Shown piece by piece: positions 10,568-21,430 of a stretch of DNA of 64,000 nt (its first letter is position 1; each line of letters begins with the position of its first letter). Below the pieces are notes generated by a model. That model searched no databases and had not been told where the DNA came from. It saw only the letters and a program-made list of their open reading frames with translations. The stretch is taken from the NCBI GenBank assembly GCA_965203275.1, contig OZ241865.1, positions 576,001 to 640,000 on the forward strand, written 5' to 3'. Both the position numbers and the translations under genes were made by a program. Source of the DNA: Bdellovibrionales bacterium. GTDB taxonomy: Bacteria > Bdellovibrionota > Bdellovibrionia > Bdellovibrionales > JAUICD01.

Positions 10568-11131
10568 TCATAAGGGCTTTTCTTTATCTTTAGTATGTTC
10601 TTTTTTCACCTCTTTATCTTTGTCTTTATTGACTATAAGTCCATACAATGTGTCGAATTTTCGATCAAACTTATCTTCCATGGTGTCAAACTTTCGATTA
10701 AACTTCTCTTCTATGGTGTTGAATTTTTGATCAAACTTATTGTCCATGGCTTTCATCTGTGTAGGTATATGATTGTTTACTTGCTCTTGAATAGGTTCAA
10801 TTTTAGCATCTATATATTGCTTTAAATTATTTTCTGATTTGCTTACCAATTCCCTTAAATTATTTTCTGATTTGCTTACCTGTTCCCTTAAGCTGTTTAC
10901 CAATTCCCTTAAGTTATTTTCTGATTGGTTTACCAATTCCCTTAAATTATTTTCTGATTGGTTTACCAATTCCCTTAAGTTATTTTCTGACTGGTTGATC
11001 CGTTCATTAAAAGATCTAGTTGCCCTGTCATAAAACTTAAAGCCAATAATAAAGCCAATAATAGATAGGCTTATAATTGTCATTAGGTCTGTAGTTTTAA
11101 GTATTTCTAAAACAAATTCATAGAACCCCAT
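10568..11131 (-). CDS. Coiled-coil array copy 4 (different N-terminal anchor)
   Basis: Same stalk and C-terminus as its neighbours, divergent first ~38 aa; RBS aaggagg. Confidence 0.85.
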   Translation of the reverse strand: MGFYEFVLEILKTTDLMTIISLSIIGFIIGFKFYDRATRSFNERINQSENNLRELVNQSENNLRELVNQSENNLRELVNSLREQVSKSENNLRELVSKSENNLKQYIDAKIEPIQEQVNNHIPTQMKAMDNKFDQKFNTIEEKFNRKFDTMEDKFDRKFDTLYGLIVNKDKDKEVKKEHTKDKEKPL

Positions 11132-11282
11132 AATATCCTCCTTAGTGATACCATCACCCGATTAATATAAAAAAACAAAGCATTTAAACAGTACATCATC
11201 ATACAACATAATCTAAGGCCCGTCTAACAACAAACACTGGAAACATACTATGAGGGTTAAGGTTTCCAATCAATGTGGATGA

Positions 11283-11789
11283 TCATAAGGGCTTGTCTTT
11301 TTTAGTATGTTCTTTTTTCACCTCTTTATCTTTGTCTTTATTGACTATAAGTCCATACAATGTGTCGAATTTTCGATCAAACTTATCTTCCATAATTTCG
11401 AATCTTCGATCAAACTTATCCTCCATGGTGTCAAACTTTCGATTAAACTTCTCTTCTATGGTGTTGAACTTTCGATCAAACTTATCTTCCATGGCTTTCA
11501 TCTGTGTAGGTATATGATTGTATACCTGCTCTTGAATAGGTTCCATTTTAGCATCTATATATTCCTTTAAGTGCTTTTCTGATTGGTTTATTCGCTCATT
11601 TAAGTTCTTTTCTGATTGGTTTATTCGCTCATTTAAGCTATTTACCAATTCCTTTAAGTTATTTTCTGATTGGTTGATTCGTTCATTAAAAGAATTTGTC
11701 ACTTTAGTATAAAAAAAATATCCTATACCAAACATAGCTAAGATGGTCATTGCATCTAGCTGATTAAGTATTTCAATGAAAGCTTCCAT
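11283..11789 (-). CDS. Coiled-coil array copy 3
   Basis: Paralogue of 9874-10416; RBS aaggagg. Confidence 0.85.
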   Translation of the reverse strand: MEAFIEILNQLDAMTILAMFGIGYFFYTKVTNSFNERINQSENNLKELVNSLNERINQSEKNLNERINQSEKHLKEYIDAKMEPIQEQVYNHIPTQMKAMEDKFDRKFNTIEEKFNRKFDTMEDKFDRRFEIMEDKFDRKFDTLYGLIVNKDKDKEVKKEHTKKDKPL

Positions 11790-11939
11790 AATATCCTCCT
11801 TGGCTATACATCACCTGATTAATATAAAAAAACAAAGCATTTAAACAGTACATCATCATACAACATAATCTAAGGCCCGTCTAACAACAAACACTGGAAA
11901 CATACTATGAGGGTTAAGGTTTCCAATCAATGTGGATGA

Positions 11940-12413
11940 TCATAAGGGCTTTTCTTTTTTAGTATGTTCTTTTTTCATCTCTTTATCTTTGTCTTTATTG
12001 ACTATAAGTCCATACAATGTGTCGAATTTTCGATCGAACTTATCTTCCATAATTTCGAATTTTCGATCAAACTTATCCTCCATGGTTTTCATCTGTGTAG
12101 GTATATGATTGTTTACTTGCTCTTGAATAGGTTCAATTTTAGCATCTATATATTCCTTTAAGTGCTTTTCTGATTGGTTTATTCGCTCATTTAAGCTATT
12201 TACCAATTCCCTTAAGTTATTCTCTGATTTGCTTACCAATTCCCTTAAATTATTTTCTGATTTGTTTACTAATTCCTTTAAGTTATTTTCTGATTGGTTG
12301 ATTCGTTCATTAAAAGCATTTGTGATTTTAGTATAAAAAAAATATCCTATACCAAACATAGCTAAGATGGTCATTGCATCTAGCTGATTAAGTATTTCAA
12401 TGAAAGCTTCCAT
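11940..12413 (-). CDS. Coiled-coil array copy 2
   Basis: Paralogue with 2 C-side repeats; RBS aaggagg. Confidence 0.85.
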   Translation of the reverse strand: MEAFIEILNQLDAMTILAMFGIGYFFYTKITNAFNERINQSENNLKELVNKSENNLRELVSKSENNLRELVNSLNERINQSEKHLKEYIDAKIEPIQEQVNNHIPTQMKTMEDKFDRKFEIMEDKFDRKFDTLYGLIVNKDKDKEMKKEHTKKEKPL

Positions 12414-12564
12414 AATGTCCTCCTTAGTGATACCATCACCCGATTAATATAAAAAAACAAAGCATTTAAACAGTACATCATTATACAACATAATCTAAGG
12501 CCCGTCTAACAACAAACACTGGAAACATACTATGAGGGTTAAGGTTTCCAATCAATGTGGATGA

Positions 12565-13044
12565 TCATACGGGCTTTTCTTTTTTAGTATGTTCTTTTTT
12601 CATCTCTTTGCCCTTTTCTTTGCCTTTATCGACTATGAGTCCATACAATGTATCGAACTTTCGATCAAGCTTATCCTCCATAGCTTTCATCTGTGTAGGT
12701 ATATGATTGTATACTTGCTCTTGAATAGGTTCAATTTTAGCATCTATATATTCCTTTAAGTGCTTTTCTGATTGGTTTATTCGCTCATTTAAGCTATTTA
12801 CCAATTCCCTTAAGTTATTCTCTGATTTGCTTACCAATTCCCTTAAGTTATTTTCTGATTTGTTTACCAATTCCCTTAAATTATGTTCTGATTTGTTTAC
12901 TAATTCCTTTAAGTTATTTTCTGATTGGTTGATTCGTTCATTAAAAGAATTTGTCACTTTAGTATAAAAAAAATATCCTATACCAAACATAGCTAAGATG
13001 GTCATTGCATCTAGCTGATTAAGTATTTCAATGAAAGCTTCCAT
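12565..13044 (-). CDS. Coiled-coil array copy 1
   Basis: Paralogue with 1 C-side repeat; RBS aaggagg. Confidence 0.85.
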   Translation of the reverse strand: MEAFIEILNQLDAMTILAMFGIGYFFYTKVTNSFNERINQSENNLKELVNKSEHNLRELVNKSENNLRELVSKSENNLRELVNSLNERINQSEKHLKEYIDAKIEPIQEQVYNHIPTQMKAMEDKLDRKFDTLYGLIVDKGKEKGKEMKKEHTKKEKPV

Positions 13045-13411
13045 AATGTCCTCCTTGGTTGGTTATGCCTTTATATATCGTCAGGATTTTAGTCTGACTT
13101 TAATCGCAATTTTTTACTTGAATGTCGATAAAGCTGGCTACGTAATAATTTTAGCATAAAACAACATTAAGGTCAAGTCTTTTATATGGTATCAGCTTTT
13201 TTGGTCTTTGTGATGTGCTGTCAGGCTTACCTTATAATACTTTGATGGGTCATTTATTTTGTAATACCCTTTTAAAAAGTCAAGAAGGATTAATGATTGT
13301 TAAGATGCTCTGAAAGTGTTTGCAGTTTGAAAAAAGGGGGCCACGAAATCTCTTTAAAAAACATGGCCCCCAGGCATTATGAAATATATTTTTTGAAGTT
13401 TAGAGACTTGT

Positions 13412-16400
13412 TTATGAAGGAGGATCGTGTTTGCATATCTCAGGTCTTTCATCATCAGGTGGGGTATTATGGGACCCCCAGCATCTGACGTGACCATTAT
13501 TTAAAGTAGCACAGTTGGTCCATCGTGTTGCGTCTATAGATTGAACTTTATTGCCACCTAATATTTCAGTATTTAAGTCATTCACAACAGGGCCTCGATG
13601 GTTATCATTTTCTCTGTTTGAGTTTCCAAAGCAAATGGCTTCACCAGTATTTTTTGATAAAATACAAGCACTAACTTCACCAAGAGAGACGCTTACTGCT
13701 TTTCTAGTATCAGGTGCTTTAAATTTAATGGTTTGTAGTTTCTTATCATTTGAAGGTGTAGCCTCAAAGGATAGAACAGTGGCCGATGGAGCGTCTATAG
13801 AATTAAAATCAGTATGGTTTGATCTACAGATCACATTATCAGTAGTCTCTTGAATAATACATGTACGTTTATATCCTGCCACAACATACTTGGCTTTATA
13901 GGCAGTTTCATCGTTATCTGAAAAAAAGCCGGCATTGGTTACTGTATTAGGAGTATCTTTTCCATAATTTGGAGTAGTAGCATCTTTTATTTGTCTTGCT
14001 TGGTTGTCTCCCCAACATTTAACTTTATTATCATCATCATTGTTGTTTCTCTTCAGGATTGCACAGGTATGATTTTCACCTGCAGAAATAGCTCTGACGG
14101 TCCCTAAATCAACAACTTCTGATGGGGATGTTTCACCGGATTCATCTCCTATAGCATTCTCGCCTGTATTTTTTCCTAGTTGCCCGTGGTCATTTTTTCC
14201 CCAGCATCTTGCCTTATCATCATTTGTGATCACACAAGTATGAGCTACACCTGCCGAAATAGCTTTAGCTTTTAAATTATTTCCTAAGTCAATAGTATCA
14301 AGTGAAGCCGGATTAAGATTCTCATTTGAATCAAGTTTATTACCTTGGAGCAATTGGCCATGTGTATTCTTTCCCCAACATTTGACTTCTTGATCGTCTA
14401 GGATAGCACAAAAATGGTATTCATTGGCTCCAGTGGAGTTGAAAGAAAGAGCAAGAGCTTTGTATTTTTTATCAGAAGGACAGGTTCCTGTTGTTGCTTC
14501 TTTGCAACCTAAGTCTACAGAATTAGCGAATCTCATTGGATCAAAAGATGCAAGCCATTCTTTTGCATCTCCTTGAGGTCCAAATGTCCCACCCGGAGGC
14601 AAGCACCTGTTAAAATACGATGGATGACTATTATTTCCCCCGGCTTCTGACCAACATCTTATTTTACCTAATTTAGATAAATGACAAGCTGTCCGAGGAG
14701 GATACCCTAAGTGTATTGCTTTATAAGGCCACAATCTATATTCTACATTTTTATTTTCAGTTGCTACTTTAGAACATTTGGTCCTTTTAACTCTATCAGG
14801 GCCGTCATGTTCTTTTTTCACATAGAATGTATAAGTTTTATAATCTGAAAAAGCAGGATAAGAAAGCTTATCTGCATCTACCTGAATTGTACATGGGCCT
14901 GTAGTAGGACAGGTTTTGTTAGCAACTTTTTCTACATTATCCCCTTCAGCATCACAGCAGTTTACTCCAGTACAAGCATCACCACCAGTACCACTATCAG
15001 CATAAAGCTCGATCTTATTGCCACTTGCCTTTTCCACAGTAAACGTTGGTCTATCATGTAAATAGTTAGGTGATGGATTTGGCATTGGAGTTGTTAAAAC
15101 AATTTGAGGGGGTCGGGCAGGGTACGTCAAAATAAGATTACAGGTACTTGCATTCTTAGCTTGATCAATCACCTGTACACAATAATCAGTTTCGCCTGTT
15201 TGAACAGGAAATTTTATAAAGGTCTCATCACTCTCAACTGTTGCCGTGCCTAAGAAAGAGCTTGATTCACCATTTCTCATTGTATAAACCTTTACTGTAT
15301 CACCCACAGTAAGACCTGAAAATTGAATCCTAAGCTTATCATCTCCATCTTCAGTTAGAATTAAATACACTATATCATTTTGAGTCGGTGTAGCCGGTGG
15401 AGTTTTGTCTAGATTTACATAGACAGTTTTTACATTTGATTCTCCTGCGTCGGTTTTTGCCTGAACATGAATATAATACTTTCTGCCATTATCCCCGGAT
15501 GCACCCTCTTTAGTCGCCTCAGTTGTCGTGCTATAAGCATCTCCACTTTCAAATGTATGAGTTCTTTCTCGATTAATGGCATGTCGATAAGTACAACCCT
15601 GTACACTGCAACCCCACTGCCAAGTTTTTCTCTGTCGAGGGACATCATCATTTGTTAGACCTGTGACTTGTGGAATAAAGGCACTCCCTGAAGGATAAGC
15701 AAATAAATACCCACAACCACCTTTATTGCCTGCTTGATCTATAATATTGGCATAATATCTTTTAGGGGTTGAACCCGCATTAAATGTGATCACGGCTCTA
15801 TTGTTATTATCCACTACAGAATTACCTAAGGTACGTCCCCGACAATTTGAAGCTTCGTAAATATAAATATGCTCCCTTGGTAGAATTCCAGTATCACTAA
15901 AGGTCACTGTCACCTGATGGTTATCTGTAGCCCGAAAGGTCATAGAATTATTATCTGGTGTTTTAGGTGCTGTGTTATCTATTGTCACAGAAACAGACTT
16001 TACGATTGATGCACCTGCCCTATTTTTAGCTTGAACATGTAAAGACCATTTATCGTCGGCTTTACCTCTTGTACTTGCTTCATTATCTAAAGAATATTCC
16101 ACTCCTTCAGCAAATGTATGAGTCGCTTTGTCGTTTATTGTATGACGATATTCGCAGGTATGAGGGGGGTCCATGCTTTCGGTAGTGCAACCCCACTCCC
16201 AAGTTTTGATCTTTCTAGGTGTTTTATCATTGGCAAGACCTGTCACCGCAGGTAGAACTGGCAACACATTATCAGGGTAAGTGAACACCTCACCGCACCC
16301 GCTTCTATTATCTGCTTCATCCACGACTTGAGCATAGTATTTTTGACGATTGCCCGTTGCCTTAAATGTAATGACTGCTTGGTTATTATTAGTCACTCTG

Positions 16401-17628
16401 GCAGTTCCTAAAGAGCTACCCTGACAATTTGACGTATTATATAGATAAACACGATCTCTAAGGATCAGGTCTCTAAAGGTCACTTCCAAAGAATGGAGTC
16501 TGCTATTAAGAACTTTATAAGTTACTGAACCTGCATTTGGAGTTTCAGGGCTTGTTCTGTCAATTCTAACAGAAACCGATTTGACGTTTGATTCTCTCTT
16601 TGTGTTTTTAGCTTGAACATGTAAATACCACAGGTTGTTGGTCTTGCCTGTTGTGTTGGCTCTATTATTAGCAGAGTAAGTCGCCTTACTATCAAATAAA
16701 TGAGTCGCTTTATTATTTATTGTATGACGATATTCACAAGGCAAGGTCTTTTCTGTAGTGCAACCCCACTCCCAGCTTTTAAACCTACGGGGGTTTTTGT
16801 CAGTCGTAAGACCTGTCACTTCTAAAATTCCGCCAGTATTTGTATGTTCAAAGACCTGGCTACATGGGCCTCTATTACCTGCTTCATCCACGACTTGAGC
16901 GTGATAGTTACTTGTCCCTTCCCTTGCCGTGACCGTTACTACAACAGAAGTGCCACTAGAGACTGTCGCTTTACCTACTGCATTACCAGATACGCAATTC
17001 GAACCTTCTGTGTTCCTACGTGCGAAGAGAGAGGCTAGAAAGCGTAATCCTAGGAAATTTGAGGGGGGGGGGGGGGGGGGGGTGCATAAATAGTCACTGT
17101 GTCGCCCGTTTTAAGACCATTCACAGTCACTCTAAAAGTCTTCCCGGTGCTTCTACCAGTTGGAGCTTTTACATTAGAAGACTTGAGAGCTTGTGGTGGG
17201 GTTGTATCTAATAGAGTATAAACACTTTTGACTTTTGATACTATATTACTTTTAGCTTTTGCCTGAACATGAATATAATATTTTGTACGATCATCTTTAG
17301 ATTCACCTTTTCGTGTGGCTTTTCTTGTATTGTCATACTTTACACTGCTAGCAAATGTATGAGTCGTTTTTTGATTGATAGCATGTCGATAAGTGCAATC
17401 TACGTTTTTTCTCTTTTTATCTGTTTTATTATATTCCTCACAACCCCATCGCCATTCTTTATTTCTCAAAGCTTTGGTATCATTGGATAAGCCTGTTACA
17501 TTAATCTCTACATTGTTATTAAAATTATTATTATTGTTATTCTTATCGCTTCCGCAGGATATGAATATAAAAGATAGAATTAAAATACTGATTGAATGTA
17601 AATGTAATAAAATTTTTTGATTTGTCAT
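13412..17628 (-). CDS. Large surface lipoprotein (repeated Ig-like modules plus RCC1-like propeller), split by a frameshift in a G20 tract
   Basis: ORF 17050-17628 has a lipobox (FISC) and module 1. The frame of ORF 13412-16891 is open upstream to 17062, next to the tract. Four VTGLxxD..WxWGC..YRHxIN..HVQAK modules; ISAGxxHTC..CWGxN..GQL RCC1-like repeats. Confidence 0.85.
17063..17082 (+). repeat. Poly-G20 homopolymer (C20 on the coding strand)
   Basis: Counted from the sequence. Confidence 0.9.
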
Positions 17629-18122
17629 GGATTCACCACCTTTTATGATATTTTCTCAAAGATTCTTTTATGTGTAAACTTTTCGGATGATTACTATACT
17701 TTCAGTCTGTGTTGGGCTTTAGGTTAAAAGTCTATGTTTTGATATTAGAGGATAGTAGAAGATATGAAAGGATATGAAAAAAACTAAGGAAGTTAAAGGG
17801 TTTTTAACTTTGTTAATAGACTATTGAGAGAAAAAAATATTACCAGGGCTTTTGACTTAGTCAATGGACTGGATGCGTTGGCGTTGGATTGGCATTGGGG
17901 CATTGGATGGATGCGTTGGATGATCATTCTTATTTTGAGACAAAAGAGGCTTTCAATTGTGTGGAGTCTGGATTAAAGAGTTCGTGTAAGTGGGTGGTGA
18001 TCGCCCTGGTTGGTAAATGAGCCTTAGAGTGTGCTTTTTGCCGATCTCAGACACTTTTCTTATCCTGAACAATAGCAAACTACTGGATTTTATGGCAATG
18101 CATCATAATTTATCACTACCTG

Positions 18123-18150
18123 TTGATTTTTCCCTTAAATAAGGTATAAT
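18123..18150 (+). promoter_or_regulatory. Sigma70-like promoter TTGATT-N16-TATAAT; duplicated at 18970-18997
   Basis: Consensus match inside a ~120 bp block duplicated upstream of both 18220 and 19064. Confidence 0.6.
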
Positions 18151-18219
18151 AAAATAAAAGTCATATAAATTACGAATAGTTTGAACTTTTCTTCACTTTA
18201 CAAAAACAGGAGGTTTTAA

Positions 18220-18684
18220 ATGGAGCTTTTACAAATACTTGTAACTATCATGGTTTTTTTTGGTAGCTTAGTTGGAATTGTGAGATTTTATATCAGACCT
18301 ATTGAACAAAGAATCGAGGATTTTAAAAATGAGATTAAAGAACAAGTCACCAATCATCTACCCTCACAAATTAGAGGACTAGAAGGTAAAATTAGAGGAC
18401 TAGAAGGTAAAATTAGAGGACTAGAAGATAAAATTCAGGCATTAGATAAGAAAGTTGATGACAATGCAAAGGAACTCAATCAGAAGATTGACGACAATGC
18501 AAAGGAACTCAATCAGAAAATTGACGACAATGCAAAACAACTCAATCAGAAGATTGACGACAATGCAAAGGAACTTAATCAAAAGATTGACGACAATGCG
18601 AAACAAACCAATCAAAAATTTGATCATGTCAATCAACGTCTTGATAAGATATTTGAGTTATTAACTAATCTTCCAAATAAATAA
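18220..18684 (+). CDS. Membrane-anchored coiled-coil repeat protein (NHLPSQ subfamily)
   Basis: N-terminal TM segment, NHLPSQ, GLEGKIR heptads, IDDNAKELNQK hendecads; RBS aggagg. Confidence 0.85.
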   Translation: MELLQILVTIMVFFGSLVGIVRFYIRPIEQRIEDFKNEIKEQVTNHLPSQIRGLEGKIRGLEGKIRGLEDKIQALDKKVDDNAKELNQKIDDNAKELNQKIDDNAKQLNQKIDDNAKELNQKIDDNAKQTNQKFDHVNQRLDKIFELLTNLPNK

Positions 18685-19063
18685 TCTCTTTTTAAACCAT
18701 AAGACTTTTAACAAAATGCGATAAGGTATTATGTTTCATAATAACTTAATCCTTTTCACAACTTTAATTTGGTTTAGATTGGAAACTTCTCTGGAAAAAG
18801 CTCGTATGAAAAGGTGCTGATGGCTCTGTTAGGTGGTTGGCTTTAGAGTTTGCTTTGTTTGCTTTGGTTGCTTTTTGCCGATTTCAGATACTTTCCCTAT
18901 CCTGAAAAGTACTAGCCTACTGAACTTTGTGGCAATTTATGGCAATGCATCATAATTTATCACTACCTGTTGATTTTTCCCTTAAATAAGGTATAATAAA
19001 ATAAAAGTCATATAAATACGGATGAACTTTTCTTCACTTTACAAAAACAGGAGATTTTAAAAT

Positions 19064-19573
19064 ATGAGTTTTCCAGAATGGTTTGAGTCTTTATTCACTA
19101 TTTCAAAAGAGAGTATCCATCTTTTCCTTCTTTTTTCAGCTTTTTATTTATGTTATTTAGCTGGAGGTGTTAAGTTACAGCTGTATAATCATCTACCTTC
19201 ACAAATTAGAGGGCTAGATGATAAAATTAGAGGACTAGAAGATAAAATTAAAAGACTAGAAGACAACATGAAGGCACTTAATCAAAAGATTGATGACAAT
19301 GCAAAAGAACTTAATCAGAAAATTGATGACAATGCAAAGGAACTCAATCAAAAAATTGACGACAATGCAAAGGAACTTAATCAGAAAATTGATGACAATG
19401 CAAAGGCACTTAATCAAAAGATTGACGACAATGCAAAGGAACTCAATCAAAAAATTGATGACAATGCAAAACAAACCAATCAAAAATTTGATCATGTCAA
19501 TCAACGTCTTGATAAGATATTTGAGTTATTAACTAAATCTATTTTGAGTGAAAAAGACGGCGGTTCACTTTGA
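19064..19573 (+). CDS. Paralogue of 18220 with a different N-terminal TM segment
   Basis: Nearly identical from NHLPSQ onward, with more hendecads; the 3' end overlaps the convergent aldehyde dehydrogenase gene by 35 bp. Confidence 0.8.
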   Translation: MSFPEWFESLFTISKESIHLFLLFSAFYLCYLAGGVKLQLYNHLPSQIRGLDDKIRGLEDKIKRLEDNMKALNQKIDDNAKELNQKIDDNAKELNQKIDDNAKELNQKIDDNAKALNQKIDDNAKELNQKIDDNAKQTNQKFDHVNQRLDKIFELLTKSILSEKDGGSL

Positions 19574-21077
19574 GTGAATCTAACTCATTATGATCTTGCA
19601 AAGAAGCTAAAGGTGATGTGCAGTAATAAATTGCAAAATATCCAGAGGGTCTATCATTACCTGATCTACCAAGCCCACCAAAAGGCATCAAAGAATTAGC
19701 CCCCACTGTTGAACGATTCCAATTCAAAATACCTACTTTTGCATACAAGCAAGCTCTTTTATAAAGCTTCTCATCCTGTGTGAAGATCGACATAGCAAGT
19801 CCATAACCTGTGGCATTATTAATAGCCAGTGCTTCATCAAGGTTGTCTACAACAGAAATAGCCACATCAGGACCAAAAATTTCTGACTTTTGGTAGAGTG
19901 ATTTTAGAGAACTTTTCACAAAATGCACACTTGGAGTGACATAATAACCTTGGTAGTCTTTGTTTTCAAATTTTTGAGCTTTTAATAAGACTTGGGCTTC
20001 TTCCTCCTTTGCCACATTTTGAAAATAAAAGTATTTATCAAAAGCTTGCTTGGAAACCAAAGGCCCCATAAAAACATCCTGACTCCAATGGCCAATAGTC
20101 AAGCTTTGAACAGCCTTAACAAATTTTTCAATAAAAATATCAGATATATCCTTATGAATTAAAATACGGCTTGTACAGGAACACCTCTGCCCTGTGGTGC
20201 TAAAAGCTCCTACAATGCACTCATAAACAGCCTTATCTAAAGCAGCATCTTTCCAAACAATAGATGTATTTTTCCCACCCATTTCTAACGCTAAAATCTT
20301 CCAATAATCTTCGAGAGTGGCTTTTTTGATCTGAAGACCTGTTTCATAACAGCCTGTGAAAAGTACGCCGTCCACGTCTTGATGTTTGACAAGTCTCTGC
20401 CCTATGCGACCGTCGCCTTGGACGAGATTAAACACCCCTTTAGGGAAACCAGCTTGATGAAATAACTGAGCCATCAATTGACCTGTCATAGGAGTTTGCT
20501 CTGAAGGCTTAAAGACCACAGTATTACCCACAGCCAGTGCAGGGATGATACTGCCATTAGGCAGATGACCTGGGAAATTATAAGGCCCCAGCACAGCCAA
20601 CACACCTCTAGCTTTATAAGAAGTTATGCCTTTGATATTAGCAGGCAATCCTTCTACATACTGATCTTTGATCAACTGCATAGATTGATTAAGGGTGATG
20701 TCAATCTTAGATATCATGCCTTGCACTTCTGTATGGCTTTCCCACAGGGGTTTACCCATTTCTCTTGAAATAACTTGTGCTAATTGATCCTTGGAGTCCT
20801 GATAAAGAGTCTTTAGCTGCATTAAATAATTTTTACGATCTTCTTGGCTTAACTCTAACCAAGTAGGATAAGCCTTTCTAGCAGCAGAGACAGCTATATC
20901 CACATGACCCTCATAAGAGTTCACTTCACAGAGCATATCCGATGTATCAGCAGGACTGATTTTCTCGTATGTAGAGTCTGCTTTTTGACCAGTCACAAAC
21001 TGTCCATCAACATAATCACCTAAAAAAGCAATCTTTTTGATCTCTTCTCTTTTAACCTCTGACATAAAATCCTCCAT
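19539..21077 (-). CDS. astD: Aldehyde dehydrogenase, succinylglutamate-semialdehyde dehydrogenase-like
   Basis: VLGPYNFPGHLPNG, FKPSE.TP, LALEMGGKN, GQRCSC, EIFGP, PFGGLGRSGNDRPSG. Confidence 0.75.
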   Translation of the reverse strand: MEDFMSEVKREEIKKIAFLGDYVDGQFVTGQKADSTYEKISPADTSDMLCEVNSYEGHVDIAVSAARKAYPTWLELSQEDRKNYLMQLKTLYQDSKDQLAQVISREMGKPLWESHTEVQGMISKIDITLNQSMQLIKDQYVEGLPANIKGITSYKARGVLAVLGPYNFPGHLPNGSIIPALAVGNTVVFKPSEQTPMTGQLMAQLFHQAGFPKGVFNLVQGDGRIGQRLVKHQDVDGVLFTGCYETGLQIKKATLEDYWKILALEMGGKNTSIVWKDAALDKAVYECIVGAFSTTGQRCSCTSRILIHKDISDIFIEKFVKAVQSLTIGHWSQDVFMGPLVSKQAFDKYFYFQNVAKEEEAQVLLKAQKFENKDYQGYYVTPSVHFVKSSLKSLYQKSEIFGPDVAISVVDNLDEALAINNATGYGLAMSIFTQDEKLYKRACLYAKVGILNWNRSTVGANSLMPFGGLGRSGNDRPSGYFAIYYCTSPLASLQDHNELDSLKVNRRLFHSK

Positions 21078-21430
21078 AAATATTTGTATTGTTTCTTCAC
21101 AACCCCACGAGCCACTTACACAACTCTACTCTCTTTGATGTACATTTTAATAACCTAAAAATCTATAGATGACACTACATGTCATTTATCATTTTTTAAT
21201 TTCTAGGGTTTTTCATTTCAAGAGTTTATCATGGATTCATTATGGGTGAGGGATTATTGACTTGATCGATCAGTCGACAATAAAATTATTATCAGAAAAT
21301 ATTATATTTCAAGTTTTATCTTAGAGCAATTAGAGCAACGAGTAGCATACGAGTAGCATAATTGATACCTCAATCAAATTACATTATATTAAATTTAAGG
21401 ATCATCATTGATATAGGGGTTGAAAACATA

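Larger units (their letters stand above)
10417..12564 (-). repeat. Four near-identical 150-151 bp intergenic spacers of the array (10417-10567, 11132-11282, 11790-11939, 12414-12564)
   Basis: Direct sequence comparison; three of the four end with a gtgat-ggt-atcac hairpin just before the RBS on the coding strand. Confidence 0.92.

Noticed and set aside
11222..11262. attC site in the array spacer (GTCTAAC...GTTAAGG)
   Set aside because: Only ~41 bp, no L boxes or internal palindrome, opposite orientation to the genes, and no integron integrase.
9866..12161. Plus-strand ORFs over the coiled-coil array, and alternative-frame ORFs at 18442-19532
   Set aside because: Antisense or frame shadows of repetitive coding sequence; the called frames have RBSs and TM-plus-coiled-coil logic.
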